DNA of 64,000 nucleotides. Source: Nitrospirota bacterium. Its GTDB lineage: Bacteria > Nitrospirota > Nitrospiria > Nitrospirales > NS-4. Below, in pieces: positions 8,724 through 19,160 of this stretch. Both the position numbers and the translations under genes were made by a program. The notes beneath the pieces were generated by a model that searched no databases, was not told the DNA's origin, and saw only the letters and a program-made list of their open reading frames with translations. The stretch lies in contig CAWBGA010000013.1 of the NCBI GenBank assembly GCA_963788195.1, positions 1 to 64,000 on the forward strand, read 5' to 3'. The stretch's first letter is position 1, and each line of letters starts with the position of its first letter.

Positions 8724-9452
8724 ATGTCATCAGAGCTTACAACCTCGCCGTTCTTTTTCGCTGCCATCGTGCTGGGCGTGCTCGGCTTGATTCTGATTCT
8801 TGCCGGGATTGCAGCCCTCACGCGGGCGAGAGCGTTGCAATTCGCTCTTCGGACGCTTGCCGGGCTGGTTTTGCTTTCTCTGGGGGGACTCGCGGGCGCG
8901 ATCGCCGTCGGCACTCAGGGCTACCTGGCGCTGACACGCGAAGATGTCGCAGCGCGGCTCTTTGTGCAGCCTCACGGCCCGCAGCGCTTCGGGGCGGTGG
9001 TCCGCTTTCCCGGCGGACGGGAGTCGACGTTCGAGCTCGCGGGAGATGAAATATACGTCGACGCGCACATCATCAAGTGGAAGCCGCTTGCGAACATACT
9101 GGGCCTGCACACCGCCTACGAACTCGACCGCGTAGGCGGGCGTTACCACGATATTGAGGAGGAGCGCTCTGCGGTCCGGACTGTGTATTCACTGACGCAG
9201 GACAGGCCTGTGGACCTGTTTGGTCTGCGCCGGCGCTACCCGTTCCTTCGTGTATTGCTCGATGCGGAGTACGGCTCTGCGACGTTCATCCCGGTGACGG
9301 AGTCCGCTGAGTTCGAGGTGCGCGTCTCAACTACCGGCTTGCTCATTCGCGAAGCGAAACCCCGTCCCGGAGTAAACGTTTTGAGGCCGATAGAGAAAAA
9401 GACAGGTTGGTATGAAACAGTGGTGGAAACATATAATAGCTTATGGCCTTGA
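8724..9452 (+). CDS. Hypothetical membrane protein
   Basis: Two N-terminal TM helices followed by a soluble domain. Confidence 0.7.
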   Translation: MSSELTTSPFFFAAIVLGVLGLILILAGIAALTRARALQFALRTLAGLVLLSLGGLAGAIAVGTQGYLALTREDVAARLFVQPHGPQRFGAVVRFPGGRESTFELAGDEIYVDAHIIKWKPLANILGLHTAYELDRVGGRYHDIEEERSAVRTVYSLTQDRPVDLFGLRRRYPFLRVLLDAEYGSATFIPVTESAEFEVRVSTTGLLIREAKPRPGVNVLRPIEKKTGWYETVVETYNSLWP

Positions 9453-9531
9453 GCCCTCGTTGATTCTCCGGCCTCATGCGGGTCCCGCTCTTTGGTTCTG
9501 ATACCAACTGCCCAGCCACTGGGTTGATGAT

Positions 9532-9561
9532 TTGACACCTGTTTCAAGCAGCCCCTAGAAT
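9532..9561 (+). promoter_or_regulatory. Sigma70-type promoter of the hem operon
   Basis: TTGACA-18 bp-TAGAAT about 100 nt upstream of hemE. Confidence 0.6.
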
Positions 9562-9579
9562 GGCGCGCTATCGGGTAAA

Positions 9580-9665
9580 GCGGCTGTCTTGGCAGCTGCG
9601 GGGTGGGTGGGTGCAAAGGGAAAAGAAATCTGTCTTGGCAGATTTCAGGGTTGGGCGGGTGCAAT
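9580..9665 (+). repeat. Two hairpin+G-rich repeat modules in the hemE leader
   Basis: GCGGCTGTC-TT-GGCAGCTGC and GAAATCTGTC-TT-GGCAGATTTC, each followed by GGG..GGG(T/C)GGGTGCAA. Confidence 0.85.
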
Positions 9666-10689
9666 GAACGATCGATTTCTCAAAGCGTGCCGTCGTGAGC
9701 CGACGGACTGTGTGCCGGTTTGGTTCATGCGCCAGGCGGGACGCTACATGCAGGAATACCGCAAGATCCGCGAGCGTCATTCTATTCTCGAGGTGTGTAA
9801 GACGCCGGAATTAGCTTCCCAGGTCACCCTCCAGCCCATCGAGCGTTTTCCTCTTGATGCCGCGATTATTTTCGCCGACATTCTATTGCCGCTGGAACCC
9901 ATGGGCGCGCAATTGGCGTTTCTCGCGGACGAAGGTCCCGTCATCTCCAATCCTGTCCGGGACCGTGCCGCGGTGGATGCCTTAAAGCCCATCGATCCCG
10001 AGGCTCTGGGGTTTGTCTACGAGGCGATCCGGTTGGCCCGTAAGGCTCTTGATGGGCGGGTCCCCCTGATCGGGTTTGCCGGCGCTCCCTTTACGCTCGC
10101 CAGCTATCTGATCGAAGGCGGCTCTTCAAGGAATTTTATCGAGACGAAGCGTTTCATGTATCACGCGCCGGAGGCCTGGCACCTTCTCCTCGACAAGTTG
10201 GCGCGCGTGATCGCCGGCTATCTAAGAGCCCAGATTGAAGCGGGCGCCCAGGCGGTCCAGATTTTTGATTCCTGGGTGGGGGCCTTGAGTCCGGATGACT
10301 ACCGGGAATACGTCCAATCTCACGTGCGGCTTATCTTTGATGCGTTGAAGGACATGAATGTTCCCTGTATTCACTTCGGAACCGGTACGGCCACGTTGCT
10401 CGAGCTCATGGAGCAAGCGGGGGGGACCGTCATTGGAGTGGACTGGCGAATCCGGTTGGATGAGGCCAGGCTCCGGCTCGGCCAAGACGTCGCTATTCAA
10501 GGGAATCTAGACCCGATCGTACTTTTCGCGCCTTTGCATGAGATCAAGCGGCGGGTGGAAGCGATACTGAGTCAAGCTGGCACAGGACCCGGGTTTATCT
10601 TCAACTTGGGCCATGGCATTTTGCCTGGCACGCCCATCGAAAACGTTGCGGCGACCATCGATATGGTTCACAAGTTGAGCACCCGATGA
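9664..10689 (+). CDS. hemE: Uroporphyrinogen decarboxylase
   Basis: PVWFMRQAGRY, DAAIIFADIL, IGFAGAPFTLASY, FNLGHGI. Start taken at MNDRFLKAC. Confidence 0.97.
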   Translation: MNDRFLKACRREPTDCVPVWFMRQAGRYMQEYRKIRERHSILEVCKTPELASQVTLQPIERFPLDAAIIFADILLPLEPMGAQLAFLADEGPVISNPVRDRAAVDALKPIDPEALGFVYEAIRLARKALDGRVPLIGFAGAPFTLASYLIEGGSSRNFIETKRFMYHAPEAWHLLLDKLARVIAGYLRAQIEAGAQAVQIFDSWVGALSPDDYREYVQSHVRLIFDALKDMNVPCIHFGTGTATLLELMEQAGGTVIGVDWRIRLDEARLRLGQDVAIQGNLDPIVLFAPLHEIKRRVEAILSQAGTGPGFIFNLGHGILPGTPIENVAATIDMVHKLSTR

Positions 10690-11639
10690 AAGTCGAAGAA
10701 GTATTGAATAGAACCGGGGTGCTTTTGATGGCCTTGGGCGGTCCGGACTCGTTGGAAGCCGTCGGACCCTATCTCAAGGAGCTTCGGGGCGGGCGTCCAA
10801 CGCCCGTTGAACTTATCGACGAGATCAAGGAGCGTTACCGAGTGACCGGCGGAAAATCGCCTGTCCTGGGGATCACGACTGAGCTTGCCCATAAGCTCGA
10901 GAGTCGTCTTTCAGCAAGCGGAACGCCGGCTAGGGTCTACGTAGGCTTCCGGCATTGGCATCCCTTCATCGGCGACGTCTATCGCCGGATGGAGGCCGAA
11001 GGCGTCCGACGGGTCGTGGGGGTGTGCATGGCGCCGCAGAATTCGCAACTGACCGTAGGCGCCTATATCAGGAAGGTGGAAGAAGCTCGGGCGCAGTCCG
11101 CGACGCCGATGACCTTCACCTATGTGCGAAGCTGGAACACGCATCGCCGGTTCATCGACGCCATCGCGGATAACATTCAGGCGACTCAACGACGGTTTCC
11201 GCCCGATAGCAAGGTTGCGCTTCTATTTACTGCACACAGCCTTCCTTCACGGATCGTCCAGGAAGGAGATTCCTACCCGCAAGAGGTGCGGGCGACGGTT
11301 GATGCCGTAGTCGCGCGGGTGAGACCGGACGTCTGGAGGTTTGCGTATCAAAGCCAGGGACGCTCCGAAGAGCCGTGGCTTGGACCGACCGTGGAAGCAG
11401 TATTGGACGAGTTGGAGAGAGGCGGCCATCGGGGAGTGCTCGTGGCGCCGATTGGGTTTGTCTCAGAACATGTCGAGATTCTGTATGACATCGATATCGA
11501 GTTTCAAAAGCTGGCGACGCAAAAAGGAATGCGGCTCGAGAGAATCCCCATGTTGAACGCGTCGCCGCCGCTCGTCGACACCCTCGCCGACGTCATTCAC
11601 GCACATCTTCAGGAGACTAGCTCCCTCGCTCCGGCGTGA
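10686..11639 (+). CDS. hemH: Ferrochelatase (probably coproporphyrin ferrochelatase)
   Basis: GVLLMALGGP, LFTAHSLP, YQSQG..WLGP, GFVSEHVEILYDID. Confidence 0.95.
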   Translation: MKVEEVLNRTGVLLMALGGPDSLEAVGPYLKELRGGRPTPVELIDEIKERYRVTGGKSPVLGITTELAHKLESRLSASGTPARVYVGFRHWHPFIGDVYRRMEAEGVRRVVGVCMAPQNSQLTVGAYIRKVEEARAQSATPMTFTYVRSWNTHRRFIDAIADNIQATQRRFPPDSKVALLFTAHSLPSRIVQEGDSYPQEVRATVDAVVARVRPDVWRFAYQSQGRSEEPWLGPTVEAVLDELERGGHRGVLVAPIGFVSEHVEILYDIDIEFQKLATQKGMRLERIPMLNASPPLVDTLADVIHAHLQETSSLAPA

Positions 11640-11643
11640 GCGC

Positions 11644-13093
11644 ATGCGGGCAACTCCCTATCACGTCGTCATCATCGGGGGAGGAATCACCGGCCTGGCT
11701 GCCGCGTATACCCTGCATGAGTTTGCCGCGAGAAATCACTCTGCCGGTGTGGCGCTGACTTGCAGCCTTGTGGAAGCCTCAGGGCGACTCGGCGGGAAGA
11801 TCCTCACGGATCATTCTGACGGTTTTGTCATTGAAGGGGGGCCGGAGTCTTTTCTCGCGCAGAAGCCGTGGGGAATCGATCTGTGCCGCCGCCTCGGCCT
11901 CGCCAATAGCCTCATCGGTACAATCCCCGAGCATCGCAAGACATTTGTGTGGCTCCACGGCCGGCTTCATAAATTGCCCGAGGGCCTCGTGATGGGCATC
12001 CCGGCCAAATTCGGGCCTTTCTTGCGAACGACGCTTCTGTCCTGGCCGGCGAAGCTGCGCCTCGGCGCTGAGTTCTTCCTCCCTCCAAATCGACACGCCG
12101 GGGATGAATCCTTAGGCGCGTTCTTTCGACGCCGATTGGGCAAGGAAGCCGTGGACCATATTGTCGAGCCCCTGTTGACCGGCATCTATACCGGCGATGC
12201 CGATCAACTCAGCATCCTTGCGACGTTTCCCCGTTTTCGGGAAATGGAACAAGAGCATGGCAGTCTCCTGAAGGCTCTTTGGCATGCGAAGCGGCAAGCG
12301 CGAAAGACAGACAACCCGAGTGTCGTCGCGACTCCGTTTATCACCCTCCGCGAGGGCCTGAGCCATCTGGTGCACACGCTCGAGGATAGTCTGAAGGAGA
12401 TCACCGTGTTGACGGGCATGCGCGTCCGTGAGATTCGCCGGCAGCACGAACAACGTTACCTTATCCTCATGGATGGTCGTTCAATTGCCGCGGACGCGGT
12501 GATCGTGACGACGCCCGCCTATGACGCGGCCGAGTTACTTGCCCCTCTAGATCCGCTCCTTGGTGAGCAGCTTGCGGGTATTGTTTATGCCGGGAGCGTC
12601 ACGATCTCACTCGGCTATCGAAAACTTGATCTTCGTCATGACCTGGATGGCTATGGTTTTGTGGTCCCGCGCGTCGAACATCGCGCGTTGACGGCTTCGA
12701 CGTGGACCTCCTCCAAATGGGATCATCGGGCGCCCCAGGACTCGGTATTGTTGCGATGTTATCTGGGAGGAATCGGGCGGGAAGATGTTCTCGAGCGGAC
12801 TGATCAGGAGCTTATCGGATTGGCGCGAGATGAGTTGCGGGTCATACTTGGAATCGATCGGGCTCCAACGGCTCGCCCGAGTGTATCGTTGGCCTCGGGC
12901 GATGCCCCAGTATCATCTCGGGCATCTTGGCCGGCTCGCCGCAATCGCCGACAGACTCGACCGTCTGCCGGGGGTTTTTCTGGCAGGCGCAGGCTATAGA
13001 GGCGTAGGAATCCCGGACTGCATTCGCGACGGGATCGCTGCGGCAGATGAGGTCTGCGGCTGTTTTGACAAGGCGCTTCGGACCTTCGTATAG
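11644..13093 (+). CDS. hemY: HemY-type (copro/proto)porphyrinogen oxidase, frameshift near 12870
   Basis: GGGITGLAAAY FAD motif and EGGPESF; C-terminus RWPRAMPQY..GAGYRGVGIPDCI continues in ORF 12785..13093. Confidence 0.92.
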
Positions 13094-13135
13094 TACGCGG
13101 CGAGGTCGTGAAAGACAGGCAAGGAGGGTTTCCGT

Positions 13136-13561
13136 ATGGCGGAGGTTCAGCCCACCGCGGTGAAATATGATGTAAGCCTGTCTGTCGGACCTTTTCGCGA
13201 GCCTGGAAAAGACGTCTTTTCCTACGATTTTTTCGTAAACCGCAAGGGATGGATAATTCCGAGGGCCATGCGGGTGTTTGTAGACATCAAAGCCGAGTTG
13301 GAGCCTTTTCAGCAGCGCATCCTGGCCGTCACGGGCGGGTCGCCGGGCCAACAAATGAAGATCACGCAAATGTTGACGCGGCTGATCGCGGATCAGAAAG
13401 TCGCAATCGTTCTAGAAGAAGGCCGGATCGAAAAATCTTCGGAGGTGCTGGTCCCGGCCTTCACGGGCAACGACGCGTATCTATTTCCAAAACTCGAGGC
13501 GTGGATGATAGAGGGGAAAGAGAAAGTCCGCGACGAAATCAGGAAAACTGTCGGTCTCTAG
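13136..13561 (+). CDS. Hypothetical protein
   Basis: AAGGAGG RBS; 141-aa ORF co-oriented with the hem genes. Confidence 0.75.
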   Translation: MAEVQPTAVKYDVSLSVGPFREPGKDVFSYDFFVNRKGWIIPRAMRVFVDIKAELEPFQQRILAVTGGSPGQQMKITQMLTRLIADQKVAIVLEEGRIEKSSEVLVPAFTGNDAYLFPKLEAWMIEGKEKVRDEIRKTVGL

Positions 13562-13568
13562 ACCGGTT

Positions 13569-14027
13569 TCAGTACCCCCCTACCCGTCCGCGATTGCCGA
13601 AGGCGCCGGGCGCTTGTTCGGTGGCGGCTTTCGTGCTCTTCTTCTCCTTCTGCGGCTCACCATAGGGATGGAGTGCGGGAGAATCCCAGATGACCTGATT
13701 GCCGGGAGCTAGATTCGCGGCTTCTATAAAATGCTGGCGGGCGTCGTCTTTCGCTCCAAGGTATGACAACGATAGCCCTAGGTTATAGTGAGCCTCGGCG
13801 CAAGTGGGCCCGAGCGTGACTGCCTCCATGAATTTTTCCTTGGCGGCTTCGAAGCGGCGTTCATTGTAGAGCGCCATCCCTGCCTGATTGTTTTGAACCA
13901 CCACCGACGGCTTGCAGGCTACGGCGGACAGCGGAGGGCGAACGGCGGCAGATTTGGTTGTGGAGCACGCGCCGCAAACAAATACGATCGCGGCGAGGAA
14001 GAGAAGCCGGTAGGGATGAGAAGTCAT
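13569..14027 (-). CDS. TPR lipoprotein
   Basis: Lipoprotein-type signal (VCGAC); TPR motif AEAHYNLGLSL..AANLAPGN. Confidence 0.75.
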   Translation of the reverse strand: MTSHPYRLLFLAAIVFVCGACSTTKSAAVRPPLSAVACKPSVVVQNNQAGMALYNERRFEAAKEKFMEAVTLGPTCAEAHYNLGLSLSYLGAKDDARQHFIEAANLAPGNQVIWDSPALHPYGEPQKEKKSTKAATEQAPGAFGNRGRVGGY

Positions 14028-14134
14028 GGAGTCTAGCACGATACCATAGAGCCGGAAGTTGGGCAAGAAAGATGGCCAATGCGCGAGCACGGTTCATCTT
14101 GCCTGGCGAGCCTCGATTGGCTATGATTTTTATC

Positions 14135-14599
14135 ATGTCGCTCGGAACAAACATCCAGGCCTGGCGCGTCTCCCGGGGGTATTCTGGGGCGGCCCTCGCC
14201 AAGAAGGCAGATATCTCTGAGGACACCCTGGCATCGATTGAGTCGGATGCGTTCGACGCTCCCGTGTCAATTCTCCCGGCACTGGCGGGGGCCTTGGGAA
14301 TCCCGGCATCATGGCTGTGGTCGGACCCTCGACATCTGGCGCTTCTAATGGAGGGAGCAGAAGAGGATCTCGATACAAGACAAACTCATTCTCCCGATCC
14401 CGTCATCGAGCAGGTCCTTCGCGGTGTCAACATCGAACCGGAGATGTATGTGCTGCTGACCGCTATTGTGCAAAGCGGCGAGCCAAAGCTTCTGCGGGCT
14501 GCGCAGGCGAGCTTGCGCAGTCTCGCGAAACAGGCTAAGCAGCCGACAGTGCCATGGGAGTCACGACCTTCAGGGCACTTTGAACCGCCGAGTGATTAG
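14135..14599 (+). CDS. XRE-family HTH transcriptional regulator
   Basis: LGTNIQAWRVSRGYSGAALAKKADISEDTLASIES..LAGALGI. Confidence 0.8.
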   Translation: MSLGTNIQAWRVSRGYSGAALAKKADISEDTLASIESDAFDAPVSILPALAGALGIPASWLWSDPRHLALLMEGAEEDLDTRQTHSPDPVIEQVLRGVNIEPEMYVLLTAIVQSGEPKLLRAAQASLRSLAKQAKQPTVPWESRPSGHFEPPSD

Positions 14600-14669
14600 T
14601 CGATACGCATATCTAAAGAATGTTCAGCACTCTTCGGAATTTGAGACGAGAGGTAGGGGAAATAGGGGC

Positions 14670-15186
14670 TTAAACGTCGAGGAACATCTTTCTCAGTTCA
14701 TTGGGGCCTGTCACAATCAGGGTTTCGATATGGTTCTGCAACCGTTCTTTATCGACGGAGTCCATCTTCAAAAACTCCAATCCGAACCGCCTGCCGAGAG
14801 CTCTTTTTACAACAGCCTCCAGTTCTATTCGAAACTTCAGCGCTGGGATATGCATGGTGAGAGACAGGACCGCGCCGTGCTGCAGCCGGGATTCGGTATC
14901 GATAGTACAGCCTTGAATTGAAAGCGTTGTAACGGTGCCGTTGCCTCTGCTGTGTTCTCCGCGAAAGGTGACAGGGAAATCTACCGCGAGGCGTTGGAAC
15001 TCGCGCTTATCGTCACGGGAGCTCTTGCGGAAATCCTTCCATTGCATCACCCAAAAACGGTGAGCGCAGAGCTGACATCGAAATCGAGACATATGCACCT
15101 TATTGAGTATGCGATCGATCGCCCCCGTTTGGGGGGATTGGCAAACAGTAATCCATTGAGCACCGCTTACACACCGGAGTTCCCAT
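14670..15186 (-). CDS. Zn-ribbon plus PilZ domain protein, frameshift near 15125
   Basis: MGTPVCKRC from ATG 15186 with GGAGG RBS joins FRCQLC; PilZ motifs REFQR and TLSIQGC. Confidence 0.75.
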
Positions 15187-15478
15187 AGCCCCTCCTTGAG
15201 AAACGTCCTAACTTATAGCAGGCAATCTCCGTACCCTCGGGAAGGCGTGGGAGAACAAGCCAGTGATATTAATTACTTAGGGTTGTTTTAAGCATCGAAA
15301 GCCGATGAAGCTTATGAGGCCGGTGGACGCCTGGGATAGCATGGTGCGTCAGTTTTTAGGAAGCCGCTTACCCTTTATCGCTGATATGGGGCTCGGCGCG
15401 CCGGGAACTATTGTCGCTTGTCAACAGGAAGACAACCCGGTAAATAACTGTCTCGGCCACTTAGGAGTCCATTCAGGA

Positions 15479-15775
15479 ATGAGTGCCCTGCGAACTGCCG
15501 CGCGACAACTACTCTTGTTCCTTCCTGTTGTATACGTGCTCGGTTGCACGGCGCAACCACTGCCACCGAGCCATCATGATGTTTTCGTTGAACGGTGGGT
15601 GGGAAAGACCAAAAAGGAACTCATTGCCTCGATGGGAGCACCCACTCGTGAAACAAAATTGTCGTCAGGAGAAAGCACTCTGGTGTGGGAACGAAAGGGA
15701 GGATGCTACATCACATTTAATACGGACAGGGGCGGCGTCGTAGAGTCCGGGCATGACCGCTGCGGCGCAGACTAG
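15479..15775 (+). CDS. Small lipoprotein
   Basis: Signal peptide ending VLGC; WVGKTKKELIASMGAP motif. Confidence 0.65.
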   Translation: MSALRTAARQLLLFLPVVYVLGCTAQPLPPSHHDVFVERWVGKTKKELIASMGAPTRETKLSSGESTLVWERKGGCYITFNTDRGGVVESGHDRCGAD

Positions 15776-16755
15776 GGGTCGGGTGTTGCTTCTGATTGTC
15801 TCCGTCTTATCATGTCAAAGATCGCCTGGATCGTTCGCGGCGCGGAGCCCTCACTTCGGTTATTCACCAGCACGTACGCGCGCCGATGCTCACGGACCGC
15901 CTGTTTAATGAGCTTCACCGTATTTTCGCGCATCTCCGGCAAGGATTGCACGATATCGCGATACGGTTTGTAGCGCCTGACCGCATCCTCATATCTCACA
16001 CCTCGAGGCGTGAGTAGACGAAGCACTACGAAAGGCGCGGTCAAAGTCTCGTCCATCAGCCCGTGTTGTTCCCACAGACCGGGCATGTGGGTCCAATGGT
16101 TATAGACATGCGCAACGCCGTGCGTGCTAAGAATAGAGCGGTACTCTCTGGTGACCAGGCGTTCGTGCCGGACCTCGATGGCATACTCCCATTCTTTCGG
16201 CAAGCGTGCGAGAAAGCCGTCGAGTCGTTTTAGAAAGTCTTCCGGCTCGAGGTCTAACGTTCGTTGGAATTCGAAGATGAAGGGGCCGGTATGCGGCTTA
16301 AATACCGCGGCGTAGGGAGCCAGGACGTGTTCCTGGAAATAATCCGCATTTAGGAAATATGGATTGGGTCCGGTGTGTGACCCGTGGCGCGGATGCCTGG
16401 AGTAGGCGGGGACCGTGAGCTCTTCCCAGACCTTGGAGCAAGCCACAAAGTCTTTGGGCACTTGGTTGCTGTAGTGCGTCAATTGCCGTGACGTCGGCGG
16501 TCCATAAAATGTGAAGTCAAAACCGACTGTTCGGAAGAGCCGGTATCCCTCATACTCGTAGCGCGCGTACTCTGCCAGGCACTCGCTCCTAAATCGACTC
16601 GGCTGATACGGTTGCTTATAGACCAATCCTTTCCAACCCTCGTACGTCCATGTTGACGTTCCGAAGTGGACGAGAGGCGAGAGCGGGGAGACGGGTGGAA
16701 GGGCCGCCTGTTCCGATTGTTCGCTCCATAGACCCAACTGTTCCGACCCGTCCAT
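15772..16755 (-). CDS. DUF72 (YecE-like) protein
   Basis: FGTSTWTYEGWKGLVY, TFYGPP, YAIEVRH, YVLVNN. Confidence 0.85.
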   Translation of the reverse strand: MDGSEQLGLWSEQSEQAALPPVSPLSPLVHFGTSTWTYEGWKGLVYKQPYQPSRFRSECLAEYARYEYEGYRLFRTVGFDFTFYGPPTSRQLTHYSNQVPKDFVACSKVWEELTVPAYSRHPRHGSHTGPNPYFLNADYFQEHVLAPYAAVFKPHTGPFIFEFQRTLDLEPEDFLKRLDGFLARLPKEWEYAIEVRHERLVTREYRSILSTHGVAHVYNHWTHMPGLWEQHGLMDETLTAPFVVLRLLTPRGVRYEDAVRRYKPYRDIVQSLPEMRENTVKLIKQAVREHRRAYVLVNNRSEGSAPRTIQAIFDMIRRRQSEATPDP

Positions 16756-16998
16756 GTGCCTCCGTCTTGTGAAGACTGACCGAAAGAATGTTTGATTGTA
16801 CAGCGTCTAGCTGTAGATTCTCCTGCTGCCAGTCACTGGCTTATCTACAGCTCGTGCTACCCACGCTGCAAATCGCGCTGAGAGTATTGCCGAAGTCACC
16901 TAACGGAGGAGGGTAGGGTCCGCTTGGCTTGACTTCGTTCCTCCGGCTCAGTACTGTCCGGCCGAATTTGCAGATTCATCATAATCCGGGCTCCCCGC

Positions 16999-19092
16999 AT
17001 GAAATCCTTTCGGCCCTATACGGTCTTCGCTGGTATTGGCCTGGGCGCCTTGGCGGTCGGTATCGCCGTCCGGTTCATCTGGACTGACCAGATCTGGGTC
17101 AACGAGCCGCTTCACTCCTCTATAGAGGCACTGGGTGGATTGACGGCCATCGCGATGGCGTTTGTGCTGTTCGCTTCCAAGCGGGAACAATCGGAACGAA
17201 AGACGCAGATCGTCGCCGTGGGCTTCCTCGGCATGGGGTTGCTCGAATGTTTCCACGCGGTCTCGCCACCTGGCGACGGATTCGTCTTTCTCCGCAGCAT
17301 GGCGAGCTTGGTGGGCGCCGTCGTTTTTGCGCTCGCCCTGTCTCCCTGGATTGCGACCGGCGTCGGAGCATTGCGCTGGGTTCCGCGCGTCATCGGAGGG
17401 GGCGCGATCTGCCTAGGGCTCTGGACCCTCAGCTTCCCCGAAAATGTTCCCTCAATGACTGTGCAGGGAAAATTCGCCCTGCAGGCCATCGCCCTGAACG
17501 CACTGGCCGCGACACTGTTTATTGCCAGCGCGATAGGATTTCTGATTGACTTCCGGCGATCCAGCCAGTCATTAGCCTACCTCTTTGCATGCCTGAGTCT
17601 TCTGTTCGGCATAACCGAGATCATGTTTCTGCGCTCCGCCCCCTGGGACAGTGCATGGTGGTACTGGCATATCCTGCGCGTCATAGCGTACCTCCTGGTG
17701 TTGGGGTATGTGAGCCGAGGCTATGCGCTCATGGTCTCCGACCTGCGACAGGCTCTTGCGCAGACTCGGCGGTCGGAACGCCGTCTGGCGGCACAATATG
17801 AGGTTACACGGGTGCTGGCTGAGTCTCCGAGCTTAAAAGACGCCGGACAGAGCATCCTTAAGGCCATTGGACAAAGCCTGGATTGGGAGCTTGGAATTTT
17901 TTGGAAGGTGGATGATCAGGAGTCGGTGCTTCGCGCGGTTAACCTCTGGTATGCCTCGGGCGTACAGGCCACCGAGTTTGTAGCAGACAGTAGGCAGCGC
18001 ACATTTGCCCGGAACATCGGCCTGCCCGGGCGTGCTTGGGGAAGTGTCGCGCCGGCCTGGATTCTCGATGTCGTGGAGGACGCGAACTTTCCCCGTGTGC
18101 CGTTCGCCGCCAAAGCAGGCCTCCACGGAGCATTTGCGTTTCCCATCCGAAACGGGGACCAGATCTACGGCGTTATTGAATTTTTTAGCCGGGAGATCCG
18201 TGAGCCGGATCGTGATCTGCTCAACATGGTAGACGACATCGGCATCAAAATCGGCCAGTACTTTCAGCGCGAGCAGACCGAAGAAGCGTTACGCCAGATC
18301 GAAGCGAAACTGATTGAGGAGGCCAGGCTGGCTGAGGTGGCAAGGCTTGTCGCGGACATCGGCCATGATCTCAAAAATCTCTTAACACCGATCGTGCTGG
18401 GCGCGAGCTATATGCAAGGCGAGCTCGGGGAATGCGAAAGCAAGCTCCCTAATCTTGATCCGGAGCAAGCGCGCGCCACCCTGTTACAGAGCAAGGAAAT
18501 CCTCACGATGATCCGAACAGGCGCGCGGCGCATTCAGGACCGAGTGCGAGAGATTGCAGACTCAGTCAAGGGATTGAGCAGTCTACCTCAATTCAGCCCA
18601 TGCCGTGTGGCTGACGTCGTCGCCGATGTGTTCGAAACGCTTCGCCTGCTCGCCGATCAGCAGGACGTGATACTGCGGGCCGAGCAGCTCGACACCTTGC
18701 CGCCGATTATGGCCGACGAGAACCGACTCTTTAATGCCCTGTATAACCTCGTCAACAATGCGATACCCGAGGTGCCGCGCGGCGGGTCTGTCACAGTGAG
18801 CGGCCGCATGGATCCGGAGGCGAAGGCCGTGACCCTGTCAGTCGCGGACACGGGGCGTGGCATACCGGCCGAAGTCCTCGAGAGTCTTTTTACCTATCAG
18901 GCGACCAGCCGGAAGCATGGCGGTACCGGACTTGGGACAAAAATCGTGAAGGATGTGGTAGATGCGCACGGCGGTCGCCTGACCGTTGAAAGTAAGGTAG
19001 GTGCGGGCACCACCTTTTACCTCACTCTGCCTATCGAGCGTCCAGCCTTTTCCTTCTCCGCGCGACCGCCGTCATCGGAGAAGCCGTCCTGA
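16999..19092 (+). CDS. Membrane sensor histidine kinase (MASE3-like TM sensor, GAF, HisKA, HATPase)
   Basis: About 7 TM helices; GAF (GLPGRAW, AFAFPI); H-box GHDLKNLLTPI; N/G boxes NLVNNA, DTGRGI, GTGLG. Confidence 0.9.
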   Translation: MKSFRPYTVFAGIGLGALAVGIAVRFIWTDQIWVNEPLHSSIEALGGLTAIAMAFVLFASKREQSERKTQIVAVGFLGMGLLECFHAVSPPGDGFVFLRSMASLVGAVVFALALSPWIATGVGALRWVPRVIGGGAICLGLWTLSFPENVPSMTVQGKFALQAIALNALAATLFIASAIGFLIDFRRSSQSLAYLFACLSLLFGITEIMFLRSAPWDSAWWYWHILRVIAYLLVLGYVSRGYALMVSDLRQALAQTRRSERRLAAQYEVTRVLAESPSLKDAGQSILKAIGQSLDWELGIFWKVDDQESVLRAVNLWYASGVQATEFVADSRQRTFARNIGLPGRAWGSVAPAWILDVVEDANFPRVPFAAKAGLHGAFAFPIRNGDQIYGVIEFFSREIREPDRDLLNMVDDIGIKIGQYFQREQTEEALRQIEAKLIEEARLAEVARLVADIGHDLKNLLTPIVLGASYMQGELGECESKLPNLDPEQARATLLQSKEILTMIRTGARRIQDRVREIADSVKGLSSLPQFSPCRVADVVADVFETLRLLADQQDVILRAEQLDTLPPIMADENRLFNALYNLVNNAIPEVPRGGSVTVSGRMDPEAKAVTLSVADTGRGIPAEVLESLFTYQATSRKHGGTGLGTKIVKDVVDAHGGRLTVESKVGAGTTFYLTLPIERPAFSFSARPPSSEKPS

Positions 19093-19160
19093 TCGCGAGC
19101 CGGTGTCTTTGTCCAGGCCTGCGTCGTTGCCTCACGAAAACCTTCGAGAAACCGTCTTAG

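Noticed and set aside
9589..9663. N-terminal extension of HemE in the ORF track
   Set aside because: It is translated repeat sequence; the family-like start is MNDRFL at 9664.
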